A stretch of 64,000 bases of DNA from Flavobacteriales bacterium (GTDB lineage: Bacteria > Bacteroidota > Bacteroidia > Flavobacteriales_F > PHOS-HE28). The stretch spans positions 128,515-192,514 of the forward strand of contig JAXLVH010000007.1 of assembly GCA_046329105.1 (NCBI GenBank), written 5' to 3'. The notes beneath the pieces were generated by a model, which searched no databases, had not been told where the DNA came from, and was given only the letters and a program-made list of their open reading frames with translations. Each line of letters opens with the position of its first letter. The stretch's first letter is position 1. Both the position numbers and the translations under genes were made by a program. This document shows positions 21,132-32,218 of the stretch, one piece after another.

Positions 21132-22247
21132 TCATTCCTGTTCGTGCAGGATCCTATGCCCTCCCTTCTTCAGGTACACGTCGCGCTTGAAAAGCTCCAC
21201 ATCGCTGCTCACCATTTCTTTCACCAGGGCCTTGAGGTCGTACTTGTGCTTCCAGCCGAGCACCCGCTGGGCCTTGCGGGGGTCGCCCTCCAGGTGGTCC
21301 ACTTCCGCCGGGCGGTAGTAGCGCTTGTCGATGGCCACCAGGGTCTTTCCGGTTTTTTTATCGATGCCCTTCTCCTTCTCGCCCTTCCCCTTCCACTCGA
21401 TCCTGATGCCCACCTCGGCGAACGCGAGCTCGATGAAGTGGCGCACGGTGTACGTCTTGCCTGTGGCGAGCACGTAGTCGTCCGGTTTGTCGTGCTGCAA
21501 CATCAGCCACATGCCCTCCACATAGTCCTTGGCATGGCCCCAGTCGCGCTTGGCGTCCATATTGCCGAGGTAGAGTGTTTGCTGCAGGCCGAGCTTGATC
21601 TTGGCCACGGCGCGCGTGATCTTGCGGGTGACGAAGGTCTCACCGCGCAGCGGGCTCTCGTGGTTGAACAGGATGCCGTTGCAGGCAAAAATGTTGTAGC
21701 TCTCGCGGTAGTTCTTGGTGATCCAGAAGCCGTAGAGTTTGGCCACGCCGTACGGGCTCTTTGGGTAGAACGGCGTTTCCTCATTCTGCGCACGGGGCAG
21801 TACGCCGCCATACAGTTCTGAAGTGGAGGCCTGGTAGAAGCGGGTCTTCTTCTCCATACCCAGGATCCGTATGGCTTCCAGGAAGCGGAGCGTACCGATA
21901 CCGTCGGCGTTGGCCGTATACTCGGGCATCTCGAAGCTCACCGCCACATGGCTCATGGCGGCCAGGTTGTAGATCTCGTCCGGTTGGATCTCCTTCACGA
22001 GCCGGAGGCAGTTCACGCTGTCGGTGAGGTCGCCGTAATGCAGGTGGAACGGGCGCCCCTGCTCATGCATGTCATGATAGAGGTGGTCGATGCGGTCCGT
22101 GTTGAACAGGGAACTGCGGCGTTTCACACCGTGTACCTCATACCCCTTGTTCAACAGGAATTCGCTGAGGTAAGCACCGTCCTGACCGGTCACACCGGTG
22201 ATCAGGGCCACTTTACGCTTTTTGCCGGATGCCTTCTTCTTCGCCAT
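21132..22247 (-). CDS. gmd: GDP-mannose 4,6-dehydratase
   Basis: 371 aa; [19 protein letters not shown] is diagnostic for Gmd. Confidence 0.95.
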   Translation of the reverse strand: MAKKKASGKKRKVALITGVTGQDGAYLSEFLLNKGYEVHGVKRRSSLFNTDRIDHLYHDMHEQGRPFHLHYGDLTDSVNCLRLVKEIQPDEIYNLAAMSHVAVSFEMPEYTANADGIGTLRFLEAIRILGMEKKTRFYQASTSELYGGVLPRAQNEETPFYPKSPYGVAKLYGFWITKNYRESYNIFACNGILFNHESPLRGETFVTRKITRAVAKIKLGLQQTLYLGNMDAKRDWGHAKDYVEGMWLMLQHDKPDDYVLATGKTYTVRHFIELAFAEVGIRIEWKGKGEKEKGIDKKTGKTLVAIDKRYYRPAEVDHLEGDPRKAQRVLGWKHKYDLKALVKEMVSSDVELFKRDVYLKKGGHRILHEQE

Positions 22248-22286
22248 TTCGTCTGGGCGACGCTTGGATCGCCGTGATTTTGGTTG

Positions 22287-23126
<840 letters not shown>

Positions 23127-23187
23127 CGGGCCGAAAATATCCCCGTCATCGCTTGTGACGGAGCCGCACGCGGAGGACTGTCAACGA

Positions 23188-24552
23188 TCAGGGTTTGGCA
23201 TAGCGATCACGGTACTGCCGATAGAGCGCTTTTTGATGGTCGTCCAGCACGATGTGCCGCCCGTCGATGAACGCGTGGACCACGTTGTTGGTGCGCATGT
23301 CCAGCGCGTCGCCGGTGGAAACGAACAAGGTGGCGCTCTTGCCTGTGGTCAGGCTGCCGTAGCGCTGGTCGATACCCAGCACACGAGCGGCGTCGAGGGT
23401 GATGGCTTGCAGGGCCGCTTCGCGCTCCAACCCATAAGCGGCGGCGGTTCCGGCCGTGAAGGCGAGGTTGCGCCCACCGGGCCGCTCCTGGTCCCCTGCA
23501 TAACCCAGGCAGAACCGGACACCTTTGCTCCTTAACAGGACAGGCAGCCTGTAGGGCAGGTCCGTGTCGTCATCGTCGCGCAAGGGCAGGCTGTGAATGC
23601 GGCGCAGGATCACATCCACCTTCTTGTCCCGCAGGAGATCCGCCACCCGCCAAGCATCGTAGCCGCCCACGATCACGGTGCGTTGCACACCCATCGCCTG
23701 TGCGAACAGGACCGCCTCCTGGATCTCCTGCGCCCCATCGGCCTCCACATACAGCGTCATGCTCCCGTTGAAAAGTCCGCGCATGGATCCCATCCGCTGA
23801 TCAACGAGGGGATGCTCCCGGCTGGCCGCGTATGCCGCAGCCTTGCGGAAGAATTCCTCTATCTGTTGTATTTTTTTTGAGCGTTCGTCGGCGCTGGAAC
23901 GACGGGTATCCCCTGGTTCGGCCCACCAGCCCGTGCGTTCGTAGGCCCGGGGCCAGGTCATGCGGATGCCGTCCACCGCACGGATCGGGGCCGCGGCGTT
24001 GTCCCAGGCATCCAACCGCACCACCGTGCTCGATCCGGCGATGGTTCCGCCCCGCGGCGTGACCTGGGCGATCAGAACGCCGTTGGCCCGCACCGTGGGG
24101 ATGATCCGCGAGTCGGTGTTGTAGGCCGATATGGCGCGCACCTCAGGCTCCATGTCACCGGTCTCCTCCTCATCGGCGGTGGAGTTCACCAGATCGATCT
24201 CGTGCAGACCGAGCGTGTTGTCCGGCAGGATCAGTCCGGGGTAGATATGCTGGCCGTCGGTATTGATAACGGTATCATATTTCGCCGTGGTGCCGTAACT
24301 GTGCCCTACGAAGTCGATCGTCCCGTTGCGGAAGCCGACCGCCGCATCGTCTATGACCGTTCCATCCCCCGCATGGACCGTACCGCCCTTCAGCAGGATG
24401 CTCCTTGTCTCCGGAGGTGCGGGCGTGGGCTTCTGGGCCTGTGCGGCAACGGACAACAGGCAGCACGCGATGAGCAGCGCCCCGAGGGTCACGGTACCTG
24501 GTTGGCCGCTGCTGCCCGCCTTCTGTCGCTTGCCGCTTGCTGGCATGTTCAT
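23188..24552 (-). CDS. amidohydrolase-family protein, secreted
   Basis: Signal peptide and a metal-dependent hydrolase fold. Start at the internal Met that overlaps the upstream stop. Confidence 0.7.
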   Translation of the reverse strand: MNMPASGKRQKAGSSGQPGTVTLGALLIACCLLSVAAQAQKPTPAPPETRSILLKGGTVHAGDGTVIDDAAVGFRNGTIDFVGHSYGTTAKYDTVINTDGQHIYPGLILPDNTLGLHEIDLVNSTADEEETGDMEPEVRAISAYNTDSRIIPTVRANGVLIAQVTPRGGTIAGSSTVVRLDAWDNAAAPIRAVDGIRMTWPRAYERTGWWAEPGDTRRSSADERSKKIQQIEEFFRKAAAYAASREHPLVDQRMGSMRGLFNGSMTLYVEADGAQEIQEAVLFAQAMGVQRTVIVGGYDAWRVADLLRDKKVDVILRRIHSLPLRDDDDTDLPYRLPVLLRSKGVRFCLGYAGDQERPGGRNLAFTAGTAAAYGLEREAALQAITLDAARVLGIDQRYGSLTTGKSATLFVSTGDALDMRTNNVVHAFIDGRHIVLDDHQKALYRQYRDRYAKP

Positions 24553-27500
24553 GGCTCTTCCCCGATCGTTCCGCATTCCCAACGACCCCGACCCTCACGT
24601 TCGGCCTTCCGGACCGGCGCTCCCGCCTTCTTCGCCGCGATCATCTTGCTGATGAGCCGCTCGCGTTCCGCCTTGATGGCCGCTCGCAGTTCCCGGTCCA
24701 CTTTCGCATCGAAGCGCCGCACGCCGTCCACGAAGGTCATCTCGGCCTTGGCACCGATGCTCAGCGGGTCCGTGTTCCAAAGCACGATGTCCGCGTCCTT
24801 GCCCGTTTCCACCGAGCCCATGCGGCCGTCCAGGTGAAGGGCCTTCGCGGGGTTCAACGTTACCATTTTCCAGGCATCTTCCGCCGGGACACCACCGTAC
24901 TTCATGGTCTTCGCGGCCTCCTGGTTCAACCTGCGGCCCATCTCGGCATCGTCGCTGTTGATGCACGTGTTCACGCCCTGATCATGGAGCAACGCGGCGT
25001 TGTACGGGATGGCGTCCATGACTTCCATCTTGTAGGCCCACCAATCGCTGAAGGTGGCCGCGTTGGCATCGTGCTTCGCGAGCAGCTCCGCCACCTTGTA
25101 CCCTTCCAGGACATGGGTGAAGGTGTTCACCCGGAAGCCCATGCTGTCGGCCACATGCATGAGCATGGCGATCTCGCTCTGCACGTAGCTGTGGCAGGTG
25201 ATGTGACGCTTCCCTTCCAGGATCCCCACCACCGCATCGAGTTCCAGGTCAGGTCGTGGTGCGGATACCAAGCCGGTGTGATCGCCTTTCCCTCCCTTGG
25301 AGGCACGCTTCGCCTGGGCCCGGGCTATTTCATCCCGGTATTCCTTCGCTCGGAAGAAGGCGTCGTACATCACCTGCTCCACGCCCATGCGTGTGGTCGG
25401 GAAGCGGCCCCCATCGCCCCAGTGGCTGCGCTTCACGTTCTCGCCGAGGGCGAACTTGATGAAGCCCTCCGCACCTTCGATCCTCATGTCATCGGCGTTC
25501 CGGCCCCAACGCAGCTTCACCAGTGCGCTCTGCCCACCGATGGGGTTCGCGCTGCCATGCAGGAGTTGCGCCGCCGTGACCCCGCCCGCGAGCTGGCGGT
25601 AGAGGTCGATGTCGTCCGGATCGATCACATCGCCGATGCGTACTTCGGAGGTCACGGCCTGCGAACCCTCGTTCACGCCCCGTGCGATGGCGATGTGCGA
25701 ATGCTCGTCGATGATACCTGAGGTCAGGTGTTTGCCCGTGGCGTCGATCTCGGTGACCGCTGGCGGACGGCCCGCGAACAAGGCCGTTACCGACAGGTCA
25801 CGCCCCACACCCAGGATGCGGCCGCCCGAGATGCACACATCGGCATCGGTCAGGATCCCCTGTGGCCCGTTGGTCCACACCGTGGCGTTCCGGAAAACCA
25901 GTAGTTCCGTATCGGGCAGCATGGGCACACCGTAGGCCCCCAGCGGGAACCATACCTGTCCTACGGGAGCTGACCAGAGGCTGTCCAGCACGTTCTTCTC
26001 TTTGGGCCCGCCGGTCAGCGCCCCATCCCTCTTCCCTGCCTGCCGCACGGCGCTCCAGGCGGCCCAATCCCCTCCCGGAAGCTGCCCTTGTCCATCCCAG
26101 ATGCCACCACGTTCGTGGATGACCCCGTTCAGCCTGACCGGCCCGTTCATGCCGAATGGGCCGCCGTCGAACAACAGCGAGACCGATGAGCGTTCGATGG
26201 TGATGGCGGCCGTGGTGGTCCGCGTGCTGTCGTCGGGTCGTTGCACGGTGGCCTTCGGGCTGGCCGCCTCACCCGTCACCTTGAGCTTCAGGATATCGCT
26301 GCGCAGATTGAGTGTGAAGGTGCCGCGAGGGTCCTCCAACGGTACCGTCTGTTGGGTAAAGCGCGACCCGGCCACCCAGGTCTCGTGGATGGTGTTGCGC
26401 GGATCGAGCAGGTGGTGCGAACTGATGATGAGGTTGGCCAGCATCCCGGGCTTCAGCACGCCCAGCCGGTCGTCCAGCCGGAAGAACTTCGCGGGCACGG
26501 TGGTCAAGGCGGCGATCGCCGTGGAACTGTCCAGCCCGCAGCGGACCATGTGCCGCAGGGCTTCCCACATGGCCCCGGGTTCATTCAGGCCGTTGCCGGT
26601 GAAGCAGAAGCTGCCACCCGCTTCCGCGATGCGCGCCGCGTTGGTGGGGGCCAGTTCCCAATGTTTCAGTTTCGCCAGGCTCACCTCGAGCGCGGCGAAC
26701 GGGTCCTCCACATCGTACGCTTCGGGCAGGGCCAGCGGGACGATCAACGGGCATTTCGTGGCGAGCACGTCGCCCAGCCGTGCGTACGCATCGCCCGCTT
26801 CCTTCACGATGGGCACCAGCCCGTGTTCCTGGGCGATGCGTGCGATGCGCATCACATCGTTGCGCTCCGATGCCTCGAACACGAGCGGAAGATCCCGTTG
26901 CCCCGCCAGGGCCCGAAGGTCCGCGTCCACTTCGGAAAGCCTCCCTTGCGCCGCGTACCATTCCGCGTCGAACAGCGTTTGCCGCAACAGGGCGATGGCG
27001 CCCATGAGCGAACTCGGGTAGTCATCGGGACTTGTCCCCTTCCTGAAGGAGAAATGTGCCGATGCCGCGGGCAGGATCATGTCTTCCAAGGGCGACCTTC
27101 CGGCGGCCAGCACGGCGCAACCCGTACCCCGCGCAATGCCGTCCATCCGGTGGGTGATGAACGTGGTGATACCCTGTGCGCGCAATGCTTTCTGCCGGTC
27201 CCGGTCCACCACGAACAATTCATCGGCACGAACACCGGCACGAATGGCCCGGTTCCAGTGGCGATCGCCCCGATCGACCGAGGCATCCCGCTCCTTCTTC
27301 CCTGGGCCCAAGGGCTCGTACGGCTCAATGATCCCGGGCCACATATGCATCCCTCGGAGATCATGGATCACCGCGCCAACAGGTATGCTCACTTTCGGGC
27401 CCGTCGCGATGATGCGATCATCCTGGATGAGCACGGTGCCATCGGCAATGACCTCCCCGGGGGCGGGATGCACCGTGGCATGCGTGAAGGCGATCACCGG

Positions 27501-27602
27501 ACGGGCCTTGTCCGCCGGTCCGTTGGCGGGCGGCTTCACCTGGGCCGAGCTCGTCACCACGAACAGTGCGGTACACGCTGAAAGGAACTGGCGGCCGATC
27601 AT
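24549..27602 (-). CDS. large amidohydrolase-family protein with duplicated domains, secreted
   Basis: 1017 aa with a signal peptide and two amidohydrolase-like halves. Confidence 0.7.
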   Translation of the reverse strand: MIGRQFLSACTALFVVTSSAQVKPPANGPADKARPVIAFTHATVHPAPGEVIADGTVLIQDDRIIATGPKVSIPVGAVIHDLRGMHMWPGIIEPYEPLGPGKKERDASVDRGDRHWNRAIRAGVRADELFVVDRDRQKALRAQGITTFITHRMDGIARGTGCAVLAAGRSPLEDMILPAASAHFSFRKGTSPDDYPSSLMGAIALLRQTLFDAEWYAAQGRLSEVDADLRALAGQRDLPLVFEASERNDVMRIARIAQEHGLVPIVKEAGDAYARLGDVLATKCPLIVPLALPEAYDVEDPFAALEVSLAKLKHWELAPTNAARIAEAGGSFCFTGNGLNEPGAMWEALRHMVRCGLDSSTAIAALTTVPAKFFRLDDRLGVLKPGMLANLIISSHHLLDPRNTIHETWVAGSRFTQQTVPLEDPRGTFTLNLRSDILKLKVTGEAASPKATVQRPDDSTRTTTAAITIERSSVSLLFDGGPFGMNGPVRLNGVIHERGGIWDGQGQLPGGDWAAWSAVRQAGKRDGALTGGPKEKNVLDSLWSAPVGQVWFPLGAYGVPMLPDTELLVFRNATVWTNGPQGILTDADVCISGGRILGVGRDLSVTALFAGRPPAVTEIDATGKHLTSGIIDEHSHIAIARGVNEGSQAVTSEVRIGDVIDPDDIDLYRQLAGGVTAAQLLHGSANPIGGQSALVKLRWGRNADDMRIEGAEGFIKFALGENVKRSHWGDGGRFPTTRMGVEQVMYDAFFRAKEYRDEIARAQAKRASKGGKGDHTGLVSAPRPDLELDAVVGILEGKRHITCHSYVQSEIAMLMHVADSMGFRVNTFTHVLEGYKVAELLAKHDANAATFSDWWAYKMEVMDAIPYNAALLHDQGVNTCINSDDAEMGRRLNQEAAKTMKYGGVPAEDAWKMVTLNPAKALHLDGRMGSVETGKDADIVLWNTDPLSIGAKAEMTFVDGVRRFDAKVDRELRAAIKAERERLISKMIAAKKAGAPVRKAEREGRGRWECGTIGEEP

Positions 27603-27743
27603 GAAGCGCGGCGAATGTACCCTTCACCTCCGCTCAAGATGACATCCGGCCCGCTGGTGCGGAGGAGTCCGGATGGAATGCCACTGGCCATGCGCGTGTC
27701 CGACTTCCACTGACCCCGAAGCGGGCGGGTCCACCGCCTACCT

Positions 27744-28244
27744 TTGGCGCGCTCCAACCTCGTGCCCATGGCGGAAGCCAGCCTGCTCTCCCTTTTCCAC
27801 AGCATCCTGCGCTGGCTCATCCTGCTCTCGGTGAGCGTGGCGGGTTTCGCAGCGCTGATCGGTTATTTGCGCAAGGCGCCCATCATCGTCTGGGAGCGCT
27901 CCGTCGCGATCATCGCCATGGTGCTCTGCCATGTGCAACTCGTGCTGGGTCTGGCCTTGTACGCCTTGCGGTTCAAATACTACGGGGAGTTGACCCCGAG
28001 CGGCCGGCAGTCATTCCTCGCACAGTCGGTGGTCCGCTTCTGGAAATTCGAGCACATCGGCATGATGATCCTGGCCATCGCGTTGGTGACCATGGGCCGC
28101 ATGCTCAGCAAGCGTGCCAGGACCGAACCGGGCAAGCAGCTGCGCATCGCCATTTTCTACCTGTTGGGATTGATCATCATGCTGATGATGATCCCTTGGC
28201 CGTTCACCGGGGTCGGGCAGGCACAAGCGATCGGATGGTTCTGA
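27744..28244 (+). CDS. hypothetical integral membrane protein
   Basis: Four predicted TM helices. The start may be the internal Met at 27768. Confidence 0.5.
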   Translation: MARSNLVPMAEASLLSLFHSILRWLILLSVSVAGFAALIGYLRKAPIIVWERSVAIIAMVLCHVQLVLGLALYALRFKYYGELTPSGRQSFLAQSVVRFWKFEHIGMMILAIALVTMGRMLSKRARTEPGKQLRIAIFYLLGLIIMLMMIPWPFTGVGQAQAIGWF

Positions 28245-28573
28245 TGCGGAGAGGTGCCATTGTCCTGTGCATGGCCATCCTGGCGTGCGGTGGTGCGGGG
28301 GGTGATGCGCCCGGTACCGCATCCGAAGCGCCACCTTCACAAGGTGAGATGCTCTTCAACACGCATTGCGCCACCTGCCACGGCCGCACCGGGGATCTCG
28401 GCATGAATGGCGCCAAGGACCTGGTGACGAGCACGATCCCGCGCGACGAGGCCATCGCCGTGATCACCAGTGGCAGGGCCGGCATGATGGCGTACGGAAC
28501 CATGCTCTCCAAGAAGGAGATCGCGGCCGTGACCGACCATGTGCTCACCCTGCGTACGAAGTCCGCCCGATGA
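28244..28573 (+). CDS. c-type cytochrome (class I), lipoprotein
   Basis: CATCH heme-binding motif and lipobox LACGG. ATG overlaps the upstream stop. Confidence 0.8.
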   Translation: MRRGAIVLCMAILACGGAGGDAPGTASEAPPSQGEMLFNTHCATCHGRTGDLGMNGAKDLVTSTIPRDEAIAVITSGRAGMMAYGTMLSKKEIAAVTDHVLTLRTKSAR

Positions 28574-29832
28574 TCGACGTCAGGATCAGTGGCGCACAAG
28601 GTGAAACGGCGGTGCTCGTCGGACTCATCACCGCGCCCGATCGCGACCAGCCCGGGCAGTCCATCGAGCAGGTGACCGAGTACCTCGACGAGTTGGAGTT
28701 CCTGGCCACCACCGCCGACATCCGAACGCTGAAACGCTTCACCCAGAAACTCCACAAGCCCGATGGCCGCACCTATGTAGGCAGCGGCAAGTTGATGGAG
28801 ATCAAGATCTGGATGGAGGAGCACGGCGCGGAGATGGCCATTTTCGATGATGAACTCACGCCCGCCCAGCAGCGCAACCTGGAGAAGGATCTGGGCAAAC
28901 CGGTATTGGACCGTCCCCGCCTGATCCTGGACATCTTCGCCCGGCGCGCCCGCACATCCCACGCCCGCACCCAAGTGGAACTGGCGCGGTACGAGTACAT
29001 GCTGCCGCGACTCACCAAGCTCTGGACCCATTTGGAGCGCCAGCGCGGGGGTACCGGAACTCGCGGTGGTGCGGGCGAGAAGGAGATCGAGACCGACCGC
29101 CGACTGGTGCGCGACCGCATCGCGCTGCTCAAAGGCCAGTTGCGCGATATCGACAAGCAAATGGCCACCCAGCGCGGCAACCGGGGCAAACTTGTCCGTG
29201 TTGCGCTCGTGGGGTACACCAACGTGGGCAAAAGCACGCTCATGAACCTGCTGAGCAAGAGCGAGGTCTTCGCGGAGAACAAGCTCTTCGCCACGCTCGA
29301 CACCACGGTGCGCAAAGTGGTGCTGGGCAACCTCCCATTCCTGCTGAGCGATACGGTGGGCTTCATCCGCAAGCTGCCGCACCAGCTGATCGAGAGCTTC
29401 AAGAGCACACTGGATGAAACGCGCGAGGCCGATCTGCTGCTCCATGTGGTGGACATCAGCCATCATGCCTTCGAGGAACAATACATGACCGTGAAGCAGA
29501 CGCTCAGCGGGATCGGTGCAGGGGACAAGCCCGTGATCACCGTGTTCAACAAGATCGACGCCTACCGACCCGACGCGTACGACCCGCATAGCCTCTCCCG
29601 CGACGGCGGGGACCTGTCGCCCAAGCGCTCCGGCCAGTTCACCCTGGAGGAACTCACCGAAACTTGGATGGCGCGCATGGCCGACGAGGAATGCGTCTTC
29701 ATCAGCGCCGCCCAGCGCGCCAACATCGATGCGCTGCGCAAGCTGTTGTATCAGCGCGTGAAGGCCATCCATGTGGCGCGCTATCCGTACGAGAGCGACC
29801 TGCTGTTCAAGGACGAGTACCTGGAGCCTTGA
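28570..29832 (+). CDS. hflX: GTPase HflX
   Basis: HflX N-terminal domain followed by a G domain (GYTNVGKST, DTVGF). ATG overlaps the cytochrome c stop. Confidence 0.9.
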   Translation: MIDVRISGAQGETAVLVGLITAPDRDQPGQSIEQVTEYLDELEFLATTADIRTLKRFTQKLHKPDGRTYVGSGKLMEIKIWMEEHGAEMAIFDDELTPAQQRNLEKDLGKPVLDRPRLILDIFARRARTSHARTQVELARYEYMLPRLTKLWTHLERQRGGTGTRGGAGEKEIETDRRLVRDRIALLKGQLRDIDKQMATQRGNRGKLVRVALVGYTNVGKSTLMNLLSKSEVFAENKLFATLDTTVRKVVLGNLPFLLSDTVGFIRKLPHQLIESFKSTLDETREADLLLHVVDISHHAFEEQYMTVKQTLSGIGAGDKPVITVFNKIDAYRPDAYDPHSLSRDGGDLSPKRSGQFTLEELTETWMARMADEECVFISAAQRANIDALRKLLYQRVKAIHVARYPYESDLLFKDEYLEP

Positions 29833-29889
29833 GAAGCCCCGGCAAGGCCCGCGCATACACGGCCGTTCGCCCGCGTTACCGCTGAAGGA

Positions 29890-32160
29890 ATGGCCAAAAA
29901 ACAAGCGTCCGGGAAGAAAGGGAAGAAGACCAGGGCCAGGGCGGGGACCAATTGGTTGAAGGTCGCGCTGGTCGTATTCGCGGTGCTGCTCATCGGCTTC
30001 TTCGGCTTCATGCAGGCCGTGCGAGCGGGCCTTTTCGGCAGGCTGCCCACCGAAGAGGAACTGCGATCCATCCGCCACGAACAGGCCACCCTGGTGCTCG
30101 CGGCCGATGGCTCACTCATCGGCAAGCTGTTCGCTGAGGACCGCACCAACGTGCGCTTCGAGGACTTGCCGCAACACCTCATCGATGCGCTCGTCAGCAC
30201 CGAGGACGCGCGCTTTTTCAGCCATCAGGGCGTGGATGGAAGAAGTTATATGCGGGTATTTTTCCGGACCCTGCTCGGTGGCGATGCCAGTGGTGGCGGA
30301 GGGAGCACCATCAGCCAGCAGACGATCAAGAACTTGTACGGACGCCAGAACCACGGCCTGCTCACTGTACCCGTGAACAAGATGAAGGAGGCCCTGGTCG
30401 CCCAACGACTCGAGCGTGTGCTCAGCAAGAACGACGTGCTCACCCTCTACTTCAACTCGGTGCCCTTCGGGGAGAACGTCTTCGGCATCGAGGCCGCGGC
30501 ACAACGGTTCTTCAACACCACCACGCGCCGACTCACCGTGGAGGAGAGTGCCGTGCTGGTGGGCATGCTGAAGGCGAACACCACGTACAACCCACGCCTC
30601 CATCCCGACCGATCACGCGACCGCCGCGACCAGGTCCTCACCCTGATGAAGGAGCACGGCCACCTCAGTCAGGCCGGCCTTGACAGCCTGAAGAACAGGC
30701 CCCTCGTACTGGACTATGAAGGCAACGATGCCTTCGACCTCTACGGCTACTTCAACGCACAGGTGGCGGCACAGGCCCGCACGATCCTGGCCGGAATTGA
30801 AAAAAGCACCGGAAGAACGTATGATATGTACAAGGATGGCCTGCGCATCACCACCACCATCGATCCCGCGCTCCAGGGAGCCGCGGAGCAGGCGCTGCAC
30901 ACCCAGCTCGCCACCATGCAGCAACGCCTCGATCGCGAACTGCGCGCGGCCAAGGCCCGTGCCGCCTGGGAGAAACGCTACAAGCCGAAGGACCGCCGTT
31001 GGAAGACCAACGAACGCATCGTGTGCGGGCTGTACGATCACGGTGGACGCCGGGTGGATACACTGAGCTACCGGGACAGCCTGTGGCACTACCACAAGAT
31101 GCTGCACGGCGCCGTGCTCATGATGGAACCCGGGACCGGAGCCGTGCGCGCGTGGATCGGCGGGAACGACCACCGCTACCTGCCCTACGATCAGGTGCGG
31201 GCCCGACGCTCCGTGGCGAGTACCATCAAGCCGGCCGTGTACGCGGCCGCGATCGAACGGGGCCTGACGCCCTGCGACTACTTCAGCAACGAGAAGAAGA
31301 CCTACGCCGCGTTCGACGACTGGGCCCCGGACAACTTCGGGCACGATACCACCGGTGGGCAGGTGGCCATGTGGTACGCCCTGGCCCGCAGCATGAACCG
31401 GCCCACGGTAGACCTATACTTCCGGACCGGTACGGATACACTGAGGCGCACCTTCGCCGCACTCGGTCTCCCCACCACCGATGTCGACAAACCCGCTGTG
31501 GCCCTCGGTGCGTCCAGCGTGGCGCTGGAAACGCTGGTCCCGGCGTATGGGGCCTTCGCCAACCGCGGCAAGCGGCTACCACCCCGGTTGATCACCCGGA
31601 TCACCGATGCGCAGGGCAAGGTGATCCACGAGGCGAAGGCCCCCAAGCCCCTGCAGGCCCTCAAGGAGTCCACGGCGGCCGCGATCGCGGTCATGCTCCA
31701 GCGGGCGGTGAACGAGGGCACCGGCACCGCCCTGCGCACACGATACGGGCTCTCGGGTCCCTGGGCGGGCAAGACCGGCACCGCGCAGGACTACAGCGAT
31801 GCCTGGTTCGTGGCCTTCACGCCGGGCCTGGTGATCGGCACCCATGTGGGCGCTTTCGACCCGTCAGTACATTTTCAAAGTGCCCATGGTACCGGAGGCG
31901 CACTTGCCCTGCCTATCGCCGGGCAGGTGCTGCAACGGATCGAACGGAGGCCCGACCTGCGCGGGAAGTACGTGCGATCGTTCGACTGGGCCGATGCGTA
32001 TGCGATCGACCTGGATTGCGACCCACGGCGGGAACGTTCACCCTTCGGTGAATGGGTGAAGGATGTGTTCCGGCCGAAAGGCTCCCGAGCGGACAGCTTA
32101 CCGGCCGCACCGAAGAAGGACAAGGGATTCTTCGACCGTTTGTTCAACCGGGAAGACTGA
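29890..32160 (+). CDS. penicillin-binding protein 1A (bifunctional transglycosylase/transpeptidase)
   Basis: GT51 motifs (EDARFFSH, QTIKN) and the transpeptidase SxxK motif (STIKP). Confidence 0.9.
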   Translation: MAKKQASGKKGKKTRARAGTNWLKVALVVFAVLLIGFFGFMQAVRAGLFGRLPTEEELRSIRHEQATLVLAADGSLIGKLFAEDRTNVRFEDLPQHLIDALVSTEDARFFSHQGVDGRSYMRVFFRTLLGGDASGGGGSTISQQTIKNLYGRQNHGLLTVPVNKMKEALVAQRLERVLSKNDVLTLYFNSVPFGENVFGIEAAAQRFFNTTTRRLTVEESAVLVGMLKANTTYNPRLHPDRSRDRRDQVLTLMKEHGHLSQAGLDSLKNRPLVLDYEGNDAFDLYGYFNAQVAAQARTILAGIEKSTGRTYDMYKDGLRITTTIDPALQGAAEQALHTQLATMQQRLDRELRAAKARAAWEKRYKPKDRRWKTNERIVCGLYDHGGRRVDTLSYRDSLWHYHKMLHGAVLMMEPGTGAVRAWIGGNDHRYLPYDQVRARRSVASTIKPAVYAAAIERGLTPCDYFSNEKKTYAAFDDWAPDNFGHDTTGGQVAMWYALARSMNRPTVDLYFRTGTDTLRRTFAALGLPTTDVDKPAVALGASSVALETLVPAYGAFANRGKRLPPRLITRITDAQGKVIHEAKAPKPLQALKESTAAAIAVMLQRAVNEGTGTALRTRYGLSGPWAGKTGTAQDYSDAWFVAFTPGLVIGTHVGAFDPSVHFQSAHGTGGALALPIAGQVLQRIERRPDLRGKYVRSFDWADAYAIDLDCDPRRERSPFGEWVKDVFRPKGSRADSLPAAPKKDKGFFDRLFNRED

Positions 32161-32218
32161 TCCCAACGGACGCGATCGCCGACCGCTGGGTGGCACCGCA
32201 CGAACCGTTCCGTATGGA

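Noticed and set aside
28204-30078. 624-aa minus-strand ORF
   Set aside because: It is antisense to the cytochrome c, hflX and the start of the PBP1A gene, all well supported on the plus strand.
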